Source of the DNA: an uncultured Chloroflexia bacterium
GTDB lineage: Bacteria > Chloroflexota > Limnocylindria > Limnocylindrales > CSP1-4
NCBI GenBank assembly: GCA_963780425.1
Contig: CAWABZ010000012.1
Coordinates: 6,284-70,283, forward strand
Direction of reading: 5' to 3'
DNA: 64,000 nt
Made by a program: the position numbers and the translations under genes
Shown here: piece after piece, positions 50,301 to 60,988 of the stretch
Numbering within the stretch: position 1 is the first letter of the stretch
Layout of the letters: each line of letters starts with the position of its first letter
Notes under the pieces: model-generated
What the model saw: only the letters and a program-made list of their open reading frames with translations
Told to the model about the DNA's origin: nothing
Databases searched by the model: none

Positions 50301-51155
50301 TTATGGCGTGTCGGCGGGCGATGCAGGTCGCTCGAAGAGGATGAGCTTGCCCGACGGGGCGGCCCCGGTCGCCATGAGCACGCGATCGACGACCGCGAGC
50401 CCGAGACCGATGATGCCTGCGAGGCGCGGCCAGCGTCGTGCCCAGCGGCCGATGCGCTTCCATGCACCCGCATACCAACGGTAGCGCGGATCCCCGGTCT
50501 CGATGGGGTTGGCACCGACCACCGTGCTCGGGCCGACAGCGACCAGACGCAGGCCGCCCGCCTCGAACGCGGCGCGGTACGTCCCGATCGAACGGGCCTT
50601 GGAGCTGGCCCCGGGCTTCGCCGGACGGACCGAGCCGGCACGAACCAGCGCGGGCTCCGCAAGCAGAAGGCGACCGCCCGGCCGGACTGTGGCAGCGACG
50701 TTGGCCGCGGCTGCCGCGAACCGGTCGTCGTCGACGACATGGAGCAGGACATTCATGACGGCCACGACGTCGAAACGCTGGTCGTCCGGCAGGACCCCGT
50801 GGTCGGCGATGTCGCCGACTGTGAAGGTCGATTCCGGAAAGCTCTCCCGAAGGCGCTCGACCGCTGCCGGCACTAGCTCGACGCCGTCGATCGTGGAGGC
50901 GCCCATCGACCGCCACACGTCGATCCAGAAACCGGTGCCGGACCCGATGTCCAGCACACTCAGGCCGGTCAGGTCAGCGAGGCCGTGGCGCCGCATGAAC
51001 GCCCGGACATTGCGACGACCGATGCGATACAGCCACACGTTGAGATCGGCCGGCAGGCCGGACTGGCCGACCGCCCGCAGGCTCGCGTCCCGATGGAGCG
51101 TCGTCCAATACTCCTGCGGGTCGTACGCAGGCGGGGAGGGCGGGAGGGTCGACAC
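50301..51155 (-). CDS. Class I SAM-dependent methyltransferase
   Basis: Motif I LDIGSGTGFW, motif post-I VDGVE, FDVVAVMNVLLHV. GTG start near 51155. The upstream part of the 514-aa ORF is antisense to the GT2 gene. Confidence 0.7.
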   Translation of the reverse strand: MSTLPPSPPAYDPQEYWTTLHRDASLRAVGQSGLPADLNVWLYRIGRRNVRAFMRRHGLADLTGLSVLDIGSGTGFWIDVWRSMGASTIDGVELVPAAVERLRESFPESTFTVGDIADHGVLPDDQRFDVVAVMNVLLHVVDDDRFAAAAANVAATVRPGGRLLLAEPALVRAGSVRPAKPGASSKARSIGTYRAAFEAGGLRLVAVGPSTVVGANPIETGDPRYRWYAGAWKRIGRWARRWPRLAGIIGLGLAVVDRVLMATGAAPSGKLILFERPASPADTP

Positions 51156-51224
51156 GGCGCGCCCGATCGTACCCGACGATAGCCATCGACAGGGGATCCG
51201 GACCCGACTGCCTATCATGCGCGG

Positions 51225-52217
51225 GTGCAGCCCGACCAGTCGCCGCTCGTGTCGGTCGTCATCCCCACCTACAACCAGGCCTCGTACCTGCGCGACTCCA
51301 TCGACAGCGTCCTGGCGCAGACATACCCGGCGATCGAAGTCGTCGTCGTCGACGACGGGTCGACCGATGAGACGCCGGACATCCTCGCGTCGTACGGCGA
51401 TCGGGTCCGCGCCATCCGCCAGACCAACCACGGGGCGGCGAACGCCCTCAACCACGGCATCCGCGAGAGCACGGGCCAGTACGTCTGCTGGCTGAGCTCG
51501 GACGACGCATTCGTGCCCGACAAGATCGCGCGCCAGGTCGCCGCCTTCACGGCGAATCCCGAGCTCGGACTGTCGTTCATGGGCTTCGACCAGATCGACG
51601 CGCAGGGCGCGTTCGTCGCCGATCGGAGCGACATCCCATGGCGTCACCCGGACCTCTTCGTGACCGTGTTCTGGGCGAACCCGATCAACGGCTCGACCGT
51701 GATGATGCCGCGGAGCGTGCTCGATGAGGTCGGGCCGTTCGACGAGGCCCTTCGGGCCGACGTCGACGCGGAGATGTGGTTCCGCGTGCTCGCTCGTCAT
51801 CCGGCCGCCCATATCCCGGGCGTCCATCTCCACTACCGGGTCCACGACAAAGCCCTATCTGCCGACCGCGGCCTGATGCACCAGTCCAAGACGACGGTCC
51901 GCCAGCGAATCCTGCGTGACGGGATCCTTATTCGCCGATTGCAGGCGCACGACCGTGGCGCTACGCCGCGGATCCTGGCCGAGATGAGCGCGATGTTCGC
52001 GCGGCAGGGCCTGCACGACCTCGGACGGGCGCTGCTGGTCAGGTCGGTTCGGACGGGTCGCGCTTGGGGGGCACAGCGACACGCGGCGGCGAAGCTCGTC
52101 GAGGCCAGGCTCCCGAAGCGGCTGCGCCGGCTCCAGCTGCCCTCAGCGCGACGATCTCTGGGTCGCGCTCGACGGCTCGCCGCGGCGGCCGTCCGGAGAT
52201 TGCCCGGCGCGCGCTAG
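51225..52217 (+). CDS. Glycosyltransferase family 2
   Basis: VSVVIPTYNQASYL...VVVDDGSTD...DDAF are GT-A / DXD motifs. Confidence 0.9.
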   Translation: MQPDQSPLVSVVIPTYNQASYLRDSIDSVLAQTYPAIEVVVVDDGSTDETPDILASYGDRVRAIRQTNHGAANALNHGIRESTGQYVCWLSSDDAFVPDKIARQVAAFTANPELGLSFMGFDQIDAQGAFVADRSDIPWRHPDLFVTVFWANPINGSTVMMPRSVLDEVGPFDEALRADVDAEMWFRVLARHPAAHIPGVHLHYRVHDKALSADRGLMHQSKTTVRQRILRDGILIRRLQAHDRGATPRILAEMSAMFARQGLHDLGRALLVRSVRTGRAWGAQRHAAAKLVEARLPKRLRRLQLPSARRSLGRARRLAAAAVRRLPGAR

Positions 52218-52235
52218 GTCGAGGATCTCCGGCTT

Positions 52236-53729
52236 GTGACTCGGGATGTCCGGACGGTGGTCGCAACCATGGCGTCAGGCGACGCGACGCCGCCTGGAGC
52301 GCTCGGCGTTGCAGCGTCGAATACACTCGCGGCCGTGCCAGACGGGATCGTGCCCCAACGTTGTGTGGTCGTCCTGCCGTCGACCGGGGAGTTCGATTCG
52401 AGGACGTATCGGATCGCCCGAACGCTGCACGAGCGGGGGCACGAGGTGACCGTCCTCGCGCGCTGGAAACCGGGGCTGGCGCGTCACGAGCTTCACGAGG
52501 AGGGCTACCCGATCGTCCGCGTGGAGGCCACCGCCCTCGACGGCATGCCGTTGCCACGTGTGACGCTGCCCATCATCGCAGCTCTGGGTCTAAGCTCCGG
52601 CCCGAGCCGCCCAGGCACCGGGACGACGGCGGCATCGAGCGCCGGGCCGACCGCAGGGTCGGCATCGACGACGAACGACGACGAGTATGCGCCCGGCTGG
52701 GCCCATCCCGCCCAAGGGAAGCCGGGCACGGGTCTGACCGGTCCCCTTCGGGGCTATGTCCGCCGGGCACGGATCTTCCTCATGATCCGCAGCCATCGCC
52801 ACCAGGCACTCGCGGCTGCGCCGGCCGCCGACATCTACCACGGCATGGCGTATATGGGGATCCCTGTTGCGCTGGCGCTGGGCAAGCGCCACCGGGCACG
52901 GGTCGTCTATGACTCGCGGGACATCTACATGGTCGCCGCGAACCTCGCTCGACTTCGTGGGCCGATCAAGGCCATCCTGGCGCGTGTGGAGCGCGGCTGG
53001 GCGCATGCCGCGGATCGAGTATTCACCGTCAACCAGCCGTACGCGACCGAGCTCGCGCGTCGGTTAGGGGTGGAGATGCCGGTCGTCGTCATGAACTGCT
53101 CGTACCGGTTCGCGCCACCCGAGCCAGATCCGCGGCTGTTCCACGAGCGGCTCGGCCTCGACCCGGCGACCCGCGTCGTGCTCTACCAGGGCGGCTTGTC
53201 GGTCGGGCGGGGCGTGGAGCAGCTCATGGAGGCGGTCAGGCTTGTTCCCGGTTGCGTTCTGGTCGTCATGGGCTACGGCGCCCTCGAGGCCAAGTTCCGC
53301 GCCATGGCCCAGCTCCCCGAAAACCGGGACAAGGTCTTCATCCTCCCGGCGGTCCCGCCGACCGAGCTGCTCGGCTGGGTGACGTCGGCAGACGTGGTCG
53401 GCGTGCTGTTCCAGCACGACACGCTCAACAACTACCTGTCGACGCCTAACAAGTTCCTGGAGGCGATAGCGGCCGGGGTGCCGACGGTCTGTTCTGACCA
53501 CCCCGGGATGGGCCCGATCGCCGGTGAGACCGGCTGCGGGATCGCGGTACGCCCGGACGATATCGAGGGGATCGCGGCGGCGATCCGCACGATCGTGGAG
53601 GCGTCACCTGACGAGCGAGCGGCGATGCGCGCCCGAGCTCTGGCTGCGGCACACGAGACGTACAACTGGGAGTCGCAGGCCGAGATTCTCCTCGACGAGT
53701 ACACCCGGCTGACCGGTCGTCGTTGGTGA
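52236..53729 (+). CDS. Glycosyltransferase family 4
   Basis: 497 aa. Clear paralogue of 59576-60949 (shared LPSTxEFDSRTYRIA...VTVLARWKPGL...AAAHETYNWExQA...LTGRRW). Confidence 0.9.
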   Translation: MTRDVRTVVATMASGDATPPGALGVAASNTLAAVPDGIVPQRCVVVLPSTGEFDSRTYRIARTLHERGHEVTVLARWKPGLARHELHEEGYPIVRVEATALDGMPLPRVTLPIIAALGLSSGPSRPGTGTTAASSAGPTAGSASTTNDDEYAPGWAHPAQGKPGTGLTGPLRGYVRRARIFLMIRSHRHQALAAAPAADIYHGMAYMGIPVALALGKRHRARVVYDSRDIYMVAANLARLRGPIKAILARVERGWAHAADRVFTVNQPYATELARRLGVEMPVVVMNCSYRFAPPEPDPRLFHERLGLDPATRVVLYQGGLSVGRGVEQLMEAVRLVPGCVLVVMGYGALEAKFRAMAQLPENRDKVFILPAVPPTELLGWVTSADVVGVLFQHDTLNNYLSTPNKFLEAIAAGVPTVCSDHPGMGPIAGETGCGIAVRPDDIEGIAAAIRTIVEASPDERAAMRARALAAAHETYNWESQAEILLDEYTRLTGRRW

Positions 53730-53787
53730 CCGGCCAGGTTGACGAGACGGTCCAGCCTCGCGCGCGTCGTCCCGGACGCGGCCTCGG

Positions 53788-55080
53788 CTAGACGTCAGCA
53801 CGTCTCGGGGCCGCGCTGGTGGCGAGCCGCTCGACGAGCTCCAGGTACGGGACCACGACCGCCTCCCAGGCGTACGTGTCGCGGGATACGGCGAGGCAAC
53901 GAGCCCGCATGGCCTGCAACTCCTCGCGCGGCTGTTCGAGGACCTCGCGCAGGGCTCTCGCCAGGTCGTCCGGATCGCTCGGATCGGCGACTGCGCCGAG
54001 GTCGTCGGCCTCCACGATCGCCCGCATGACCTCGAGGTCTCGACCGACGACGACCGGTGTGCCCGCCGTCAAGCTCTCCCAGAACTTGTTCGGCATCGAT
54101 AGCCGCTGATTGAGCGAGTTCGCTGGGACGGCGACGATCGACACGTCCGCAGACGCGGCCCACAGTCGAACCTCGTCGGGGTGGACGGGCGGTAGGACGA
54201 CGTGCCGACCCTTGTACCGAGGGTCTGCCGAACGCGCGGCCAGCTCCGCCGCCCAATCCTTCGACACCGGAAAACCGAGCATCACGAATGCCGCATCGTC
54301 GAGCTTCAGGACGGCTTCGGACGCCTCCTCGAGCCCCCGCTCGCGACCGAGGCGCCCGACGAACAGGACGATGGACCGGTCGGCGGGCAGGTCGGCTGCC
54401 TGCCGGATCAGATCGGGTCGCGTCGCCGGCGGATCCCAGCGCTCCTGCGCGTTGAACAGCACGGTGGGGCGCTCGCGGAACGGCCAGATCGTCGCGCAGT
54501 GCTCGGCGAGGGCCTCGTTCACGGTCACGACCGCGTCGACGCGCCTGACCCAGCCCGCCTCCTTGGCCCGGTACCGATCGAGGAGCGGACCCGGAACATG
54601 CTGGTAGTTGTTCGAATCGAGGATCGCGTCGATCACGTCGTAGATGACGATGCCCAGTCGCCCTTGGCGACGGGCCTCCGCGGCCAGGTCCAGCGCGACA
54701 GGCACGGTGAGGATGCCGAAGGCGTGATAGAGGTCTGCGGGCGGGAGGTCGCGGCGGAGGGTCCGCCACCACGCGCGAACGTGGATCGGCCACAGCCATG
54801 CCTTGAGCCCTTTGTCCACGTATCGAGCGAGCCTGCGCAGGACCTGGGTCGGCGGCTTGGGGGTCGGTGGCTGCGTGGACCACCGACGGAGGGGTCCCGA
54901 CGGTCTGTAGCGGCGGGTCAGGACGTCGCCGTCGCGCTCCAGGTCGGGCACGTCCGGACCGGCGACAGCGGCGATCTCCACCTCCCAGCCCGCCGCAGCG
55001 AGGCTGCGGGCGACACGCAGCCCCCGCGAATAGGGAGCGGCGGTATTCGCGATGAGGAGGACCGCCCGCCCGCGAGCCAC
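53788..55080 (-). CDS. Glycosyltransferase family 4 (same subfamily as 52236/59576)
   Basis: C-terminal half of the 884-aa track ORF. GTG start near 55080 just after the dehydrogenase stop. AAPYSRGLRVARSLAAAGWEVEI...MPNKFWESLTAGTPVV. Confidence 0.8.
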   Translation of the reverse strand: MARGRAVLLIANTAAPYSRGLRVARSLAAAGWEVEIAAVAGPDVPDLERDGDVLTRRYRPSGPLRRWSTQPPTPKPPTQVLRRLARYVDKGLKAWLWPIHVRAWWRTLRRDLPPADLYHAFGILTVPVALDLAAEARRQGRLGIVIYDVIDAILDSNNYQHVPGPLLDRYRAKEAGWVRRVDAVVTVNEALAEHCATIWPFRERPTVLFNAQERWDPPATRPDLIRQAADLPADRSIVLFVGRLGRERGLEEASEAVLKLDDAAFVMLGFPVSKDWAAELAARSADPRYKGRHVVLPPVHPDEVRLWAASADVSIVAVPANSLNQRLSMPNKFWESLTAGTPVVVGRDLEVMRAIVEADDLGAVADPSDPDDLARALREVLEQPREELQAMRARCLAVSRDTYAWEAVVVPYLELVERLATSAAPRRADV

Positions 55081-55082
55081 CG

Positions 55083-56442
55083 TCAGGCGCGAGCCGACCA
55101 GCCGGCCCCGAGCCGAAGGACCTGGCGCGACCGAAGTGACCGGCCGTGGGAGCTGTCGACGGTATCGACGACGAGCTCGGCTCTGTCGAAGAGGCGCGCC
55201 CAGTCGACCGACCGATGCGCCGTGACGACGACAACCACGTCCGAGCCGTCGACCAACTCGTCGAGTGACACTCCCCGATACTCGCTGCCGTCGGCGGCCC
55301 GGAAGGTGTCGACGTGCGGGTCGTGGAACGTGACACTCGCGCCACGTGCGAGAAGCCCCGCGATGACCCCCGCCGCCGGGGAGTTCCGGGCGTCGCGGAC
55401 GTTCGGCTTGAAGGCGACGCCGACGACGCCCACCCGCGCGCCCTTGAGCGCCTTGCCACGGTCGTTCAGCGCCTCGGCCACGAGGTCGACGACGTGACGC
55501 GGCATCGCAAAATTGATGTCTCCCGCGAGCTCGACGAATCGATCGATGAAGTCGAACTCCCGTGCCCGCCACGCCAGGTAGTACGGATCGACCGGGATGC
55601 AGTGACCGCCGACGCCGGGTCCCGGCGTGAACCGCATGAACCCGAATGGCTTCGTGGCGGCCGCGTCGATGACCTCCCACACGTCCAGGCCCATCCGCTC
55701 GCACAGCAGGGCAAGCTGGTTCACGAATGCGATGTTCACGTTGCGGAACACGTTCTCGAGCAGCTTGGCCAGCTCCGCGGCGTCGGGCGACGAGAGCTCG
55801 ACGACCCGCGTGTTGATCCGGCCCGAGGAGCGCGGCGGCTCGCCGTGTCGCGTCGGGGGTCGTCGCACCGACGAGCCGCGGGATGTCCTTTGATGCGCTG
55901 GCCGGGTCACCGGGACTGACGCGCTCCGGCGCGAACGCGAGATCGAAATCGACGCCGGCGCGGAGACCGCTGCGCTCGAGGGCCTCGCGGAACGGGCCGG
56001 TCGTCGTCCCGGGAAACGTCGTCGACTGGAGGACGATGAGCTGGCCCGGACGCAGCCGGCTGCACAGGTAGTCGGCGGCGCCGAGGACCGGGCCGAGGTC
56101 CGGATCCTTGGTCGTCGTGATCGGGGTGGGGACGCACACGAACACCGCGTCGACCGCCGCGACATCGGCGTCCTCCGTGGCCATGATCCGGAGCCCGCGC
56201 TCCAGGCCGCGCCCGAGTCGCTCGTCGTCGATGTCGTCGATCGGTGACCGACCGGCCCTGAGCTCCTCGACCCGCGCCGGGCTTGCATCGAGCCCGACGA
56301 CGTCGAGGCCCGCTTCGCTGAACGCGAGGGCCAGTGGGATCCCGACGTAACCGAGGCCGACGATCGCGATCCGCGTGTCAGTCGCTGCCGTTGCGTCAGC
56401 GACTGCCGCTGCCTCGGTCGATGTGGGGGGCATGTTTGTCAT
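55083..56442 (-). CDS. UDP-sugar (UDP-GlcNAc/ManNAc-type) 6-dehydrogenase family protein, +1 frameshift near 55790-55830
   Basis: N-terminal Rossmann fold IAIVGLGYVGIPLALAFSEAGLDVVGLD...VFVCVPTP (56442 frame). Central and C-terminal domains KLLENVFRNVNIAFVNQLA...GPGVGGHCIPVDPYYL... in the 55083-56288 frame. Confidence 0.85.
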
Positions 56443-58151
56443 CGTCGCACAGGCTCCGTGGACGCGTCCTGACGGTCGGCCAGCCAGCGCCGCGACCCGG
56501 GTGCCAGGTTGGTCCGACCCGTCTCGCCGAGCGCCTCGAGCGCGGCCTCGAGGTCGCCGACGTCGGCCGGGACGATCACGACCCGCCCGTCCGGGTGTCC
56601 CGCGGCGAGCTCGTCCCAGTGTGTCGTGATCGCATCTCGGAACGCGCTACGGGCATCCGGTGACCGTGTCCCGGTCAGCCGGCGGACCCAGCGCTCGCTG
56701 CGGGTCGTCCGGGGAGTGGCATCGGGCGCGACGACCGCCACCGGCAGTCGCCCGCTGGTGAGATGGCTCGCCGACAGGCGGTCGGCGCCGTGGGCGGCAA
56801 CGAACAGCGCGGCCACGATCGGCTTCGAGGATGGGGCGGCTTGACCCGGCGGCGGTCCGGCTCGCGGCGTGGCCGGCGACCGACCCGCGGCACGGCGCAC
56901 CTCGTCGTAGAGCTCCAGCGTCCGCGTCGCGACTGCCGCGGGCGAGAAGCGGTCCTCGATGCTGGCACGCATCGCATCCCGATCGATCTCCGCGAGCCGA
57001 TCGCGGAGTCGCAGGATCGCATCGGCCAGGGCGTCCGGCGTCGCGTCGGTGGCGATCTCCCCGAAGCGTCCGTCCTCTCCCACGATGTCCTCGACCCCAC
57101 CCGACGGCGTAGCCGCGACCGGAAGGCCGGACGCGAGCGCCTCGGCCGCGACCATGCCGAACGTCTCGAACGGGCTCGGGTGGACGAAGATGCCGGCCTG
57201 CTGCATCTCCGCGCCGACGACGTTCCGCGCGGCGACCGGCTCGAAGGTGACTGCGTCGCGAATCCCGAGCTCGTCGGCCAGGGCCTGCCATCGGGCGTCC
57301 TCGGCGTTGGTGGCGCTGCCGATCATCCGCAGGCGCAGGGACGGCCGCCGACCATGGGCGACGGCCATCGCCCGCAGGAGCGTGTCGATCCCCTTGTGCT
57401 CGGAGCGGGCGCCGACCCACAGGAGCTGGTCGGCGTCGCGACGCGGTTGTCGCGCAGGCGGGAAGTGGTCCAAGGGCACGGCGTTCGGGACGATGGCGAA
57501 CGGAACCGGCACGGGCTCGCCGTGGTCCGAGAGCGCCGCGGTGACCCGATCCGCCTGGGCCTGGCTGACGGCCACGACCCGTGCAAGGCGCAGGAGGTCG
57601 CGGTAGGCGGCAGCCGCCTCCGGCCGGCGAAGGCGATCGCGAAGGGTCGAGTCGTGCTCGGTGACGACGAGCGGGACGCCCAGCTCGGCCGCCAGCGACA
57701 GCGCCGCGACGCCGTCCGGCAGCCCGTTGTGGGCGTGGATCACATCGATCGGGCGGCCGGACGCGGCACTCCGCGTGGCGAGCGCTCGACCGAACGCCAG
57801 CAGCGGGACGGCGTGGCGGGCCGCCATCTCGGGAACTTCGGATCCGTCGAGGGCTCCCCACGTCCGGATCACCGGTAGTCGCGCGACCGGTGCCCGCGGC
57901 GCCCCGAGCCGCGGCCCGCCATTGCAAGCCGCGGGATCCGCGAGCGCCACCGACCAGGCAACTTCGGCGCGGGCGGCTCGCGCCTTCCGGCGGTCGTCGT
58001 CACCTCGCACCTGGATCGTTTCGAACGAGGCGACGATCGGATCGGCGCCCGCCGCCTGGAGCGCGGCCACGTGGTCGTGGACGAAGCTGCCGCGACCGGG
58101 TGCGTCGAACGACGGGTATGCCCGCGCCACGACGAGCACGCGCAGGCTCAC
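56439..58151 (-). CDS. Glycosyltransferase family 4 with ~170-aa C-terminal extension of unknown function
   Basis: 570 aa, GT4 core (EHDSTLRD ... FETFGMVAAEALASGLPVAAT). Overlaps the dehydrogenase start (ATGA). Confidence 0.85.
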   Translation of the reverse strand: MSLRVLVVARAYPSFDAPGRGSFVHDHVAALQAAGADPIVASFETIQVRGDDDRRKARAARAEVAWSVALADPAACNGGPRLGAPRAPVARLPVIRTWGALDGSEVPEMAARHAVPLLAFGRALATRSAASGRPIDVIHAHNGLPDGVAALSLAAELGVPLVVTEHDSTLRDRLRRPEAAAAYRDLLRLARVVAVSQAQADRVTAALSDHGEPVPVPFAIVPNAVPLDHFPPARQPRRDADQLLWVGARSEHKGIDTLLRAMAVAHGRRPSLRLRMIGSATNAEDARWQALADELGIRDAVTFEPVAARNVVGAEMQQAGIFVHPSPFETFGMVAAEALASGLPVAATPSGGVEDIVGEDGRFGEIATDATPDALADAILRLRDRLAEIDRDAMRASIEDRFSPAAVATRTLELYDEVRRAAGRSPATPRAGPPPGQAAPSSKPIVAALFVAAHGADRLSASHLTSGRLPVAVVAPDATPRTTRSERWVRRLTGTRSPDARSAFRDAITTHWDELAAGHPDGRVVIVPADVGDLEAALEALGETGRTNLAPGSRRWLADRQDASTEPVRR

Positions 58152-59537
58152 TGCGTCGCCAACCGGGCATAGAGCGCGATGAGCTCCGCGCTTTCTCGCT
58201 CCCAGCAGTACCGCTCATGGGCGGCGTGCTGGCAGCGCCGCCGCAGGTCGGCCATCGCCGCATCGTCGAGCGACAGGATCTCGCCGATGGCGCCTGCGAC
58301 CGCTGCCGGACGCGTCGGGTCGCATACCGCGCCGAGCGGACCGTCCGGGTCGTCGATCACGATCCGGCGGCGCTCTGAGAAATCGCTGCTCACGACCGGC
58401 GTTCCGACAGCGAGGCTCTCGAAGAGCTTGTTTGGCGTCGAGTAGCGCTCGTTGAGCGTCCGTGGCTGGTTCGGCATCGCCGACACGTCGGCCGACGCGA
58501 CCCACGCGAGGAGCTCATCCGAGGGCACGGCAGGCAGGACGTGCAGCCGGCCACCGAAGCGCGGCTCCGCAGCGAGCGCATGAAGCGACTCCGTCAGCGG
58601 CCCGAACCCCAGGAAGACGAGGTGCGCGCGCGCGACCCGCTGGTCCGCCATCGCCTCGGCCAGGACGTCGAGGCCGCGATCGCGCTGGAACCCGCCGTGG
58701 TAGAGCACCACCGGGGCATCCGCCGGGATCCCTGCAGCGGACCGCAGGTGGTCGGGCCGGGTCGCGGCGATGGGCTGGCGCGGTGGGGCATTCCGCACGA
58801 CGACCGCCGGTGGTCCGCCGTACCGCCGCCGCAGCTCAGCGGCGATCGAGGCATTGACGGTGACGATGCCGTCGACGCCGGCGATCCAGCGGCGTTCGAG
58901 CCGGCCGAGGATGCGGCGCACCCACCACGGCTGGCGCGCCTCGACGCCGGCCTCGAGGAACAGCTCGTGGCTGTCGTAGATCACCGTCACGGAGCGATCG
59001 TCTCGGCGCGCTGCGCGGACGGCGGCCGGCAGGCCCGTCAGGTCGTGGCCGTGGTAGACGTCGGCGGGCGGGGCTTGCGGCTGCGGCCGCCGTCGCCCAG
59101 CCCAGAGCCGACAGGCGCCACCACGCCAGGTGATCGAGACCGTCTTCGACGTCATGCGGACGGGGCCGTGCCCGTCGGCTGGCGACGTATCGAGCCGCCT
59201 GGATCAGCGTGTACGGCAGAGTGACAAGCGAGACGGCCACCACGCCGAGCGCATCGCCGATGCCCGAGGGGCCAGAGCGGAGTGCCCGAGCGAAGGCGCG
59301 AGGCACGCCCCGGAGCGCGCGCCACGGGTAGTAGCGCATGTCCCGCCAGCGCACCCGCCAATCCGCCGGAGCCGGCACGCGGATGATCTGCACGCCGTCA
59401 CGGTCCTCGTGATCCGGCGGCGCGTCCGATCCGCCCGGTTGGAGGGCCACGATGGTCGTCGGCCAGCCGGCCGCGTGAAGCGTCGCCGCCTCGCGCAGGA
59501 CCCGGACGTCATTGGTACACGGGTTGCGGACGAACAT
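58148..59537 (-). CDS. Glycosyltransferase family 4, +1 frameshift near 59135-59160
   Basis: N-terminal domain MFVRNPCTNDVRVLREAATLHAAGWPTTIVAL (frame of 58836-60137). C-terminal ADVYHGHDLTGL...STPNKLFESLAVGTPVV in the 58148 frame. Confidence 0.75.
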
Positions 59538-59575
59538 GACCACGGCCTGGCGATCCACGGTGCCGGCCGCGGGAC

Positions 59576-60949
59576 TCACCAGCGACGGCCGGTCAACCGG
59601 CTGTATTCGGCGAAGAGTCGGTCCGCCTGGTTCTCCCAGTTGTACGTCTCGTGGGCCGCGGCCAGCGCGCGCCGCCGCCACGCTGCGGCTTCGTCTGGCG
59701 GGGCGTCGAGGATCTCCCGGCAGGCCGCGGCGATCGCGGCCGCATCGGTAGGATCCACCACCAGCCCGCAGCGGGTCTCGCGGACGATCGGCGCCATACC
59801 GGGGAGGTCGCTCGCGACGACCGGCACACCGGCGGCCATCGCCTCGAACAGCTTGTTCGGCGTCGTGAGCCGGTGGTTGAGCGTCGTCGGCTGGATCGGC
59901 ATCGCCACCACATCGGCCCCGGCGACCCAGTCGAGCAGCTCGATCGGGCGGACCGCGGCAAGCAGATGGACGCGCCCGCGCAGCTCCGGAGACGCGGCGC
60001 GCTCGCGGTAGGCTGCCTCCTCGTAGCCGTAGCCCATGAGCACGAGCACCGCGTCGTCGATCAAGGTGATCGCGTCGAACAGCTCCTCGATGCCGCGCCC
60101 CGGCGAGAAGCCGCCCTGGTAGAGGACGACGCGGCATGATGGCGCGAGCCCGAGCCGGTCGTGGAACCTACGCTCGCGCGGGTCCGCCGGTTCGTATCGG
60201 TACGAGCAGTTCATCACGACCAGCGGCGTCGGCACCCTGAAGCGCTTGGCCATCACATCGGCGTAGGGCTGGTTGACGGTGATCACACGATCGGCGCGTC
60301 GGGCCCATCGGCGCTCGGCCCGGGCGATGGTCGCGCGCGCCAGTCCGCGCGTGGCGGCGAGGTTTCCCGCGTCCATGTAGATGTCGCGCGCGTCGTACAC
60401 GACCTTCGGCCGCGGCGATTCGCCGTCGGCGATCGCGTGCCCGACCGGGATGCCCATGTAGGCCATCGCGTGGATGAGGTCGGCCGGGGGTGCCGCCTCG
60501 CGCGCATGGCGCGCGTGCGAGCGCACGGTCAGCAGGATCGACCAGCGCCGCACGACGCGGCTCGCGAGACGGCGAGACAGGGAGCGCGAGGCGACGCCGC
60601 GCGGGCGCGTCGAGTCGCACCGGCTGGCCGGCGTCGCCGGCGTCGCCCTGCCGCGCCGGACCGGGGCAGACGGGGGCGCCGAAGCGCCCGCCGGGCTTCG
60701 TTGCGGCCGGATGCGGCGGAAGATGCGGCGCACGAACGCTCGGCCAGGGAGCGCCTCCCCGGGGTCCGCCCGGACCCGGATGATCTCGTAGCCCCCTGGG
60801 TCGACCTCGCGCTCGGGGAGGCCGGGCTTCCAGCGGGCGAGGACCGTCACGTGGTGGCCTCGAGCTCGCGCGGCGCTGGCGATGCGGTACGTCCGCGAAT
60901 CGAATTCAGCGGTCGAGGGGAGAACGAGGAGCAGGCGCTGCGGCTCCAC
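59576..60949 (-). CDS. Glycosyltransferase family 4 (inverted paralogue of 52236-53729)
   Basis: 457 aa, intact. Confidence 0.9.
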   Translation of the reverse strand: MEPQRLLLVLPSTAEFDSRTYRIASAARARGHHVTVLARWKPGLPEREVDPGGYEIIRVRADPGEALPGRAFVRRIFRRIRPQRSPAGASAPPSAPVRRGRATPATPASRCDSTRPRGVASRSLSRRLASRVVRRWSILLTVRSHARHAREAAPPADLIHAMAYMGIPVGHAIADGESPRPKVVYDARDIYMDAGNLAATRGLARATIARAERRWARRADRVITVNQPYADVMAKRFRVPTPLVVMNCSYRYEPADPRERRFHDRLGLAPSCRVVLYQGGFSPGRGIEELFDAITLIDDAVLVLMGYGYEEAAYRERAASPELRGRVHLLAAVRPIELLDWVAGADVVAMPIQPTTLNHRLTTPNKLFEAMAAGVPVVASDLPGMAPIVRETRCGLVVDPTDAAAIAAACREILDAPPDEAAAWRRRALAAAHETYNWENQADRLFAEYSRLTGRRW

Positions 60950-60988
60950 CGGGCCAGGTGCCGCCGGTGGCGCGCCTCGTCGCGTTCG

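Noticed and set aside
53788-56442. Single 884-aa ORF
   Set aside because: It is two genes (a GT4 and a UDP-sugar dehydrogenase) joined by an off-frame, R-rich read-through segment where the dehydrogenase is actually encoded in the neighbouring frame.
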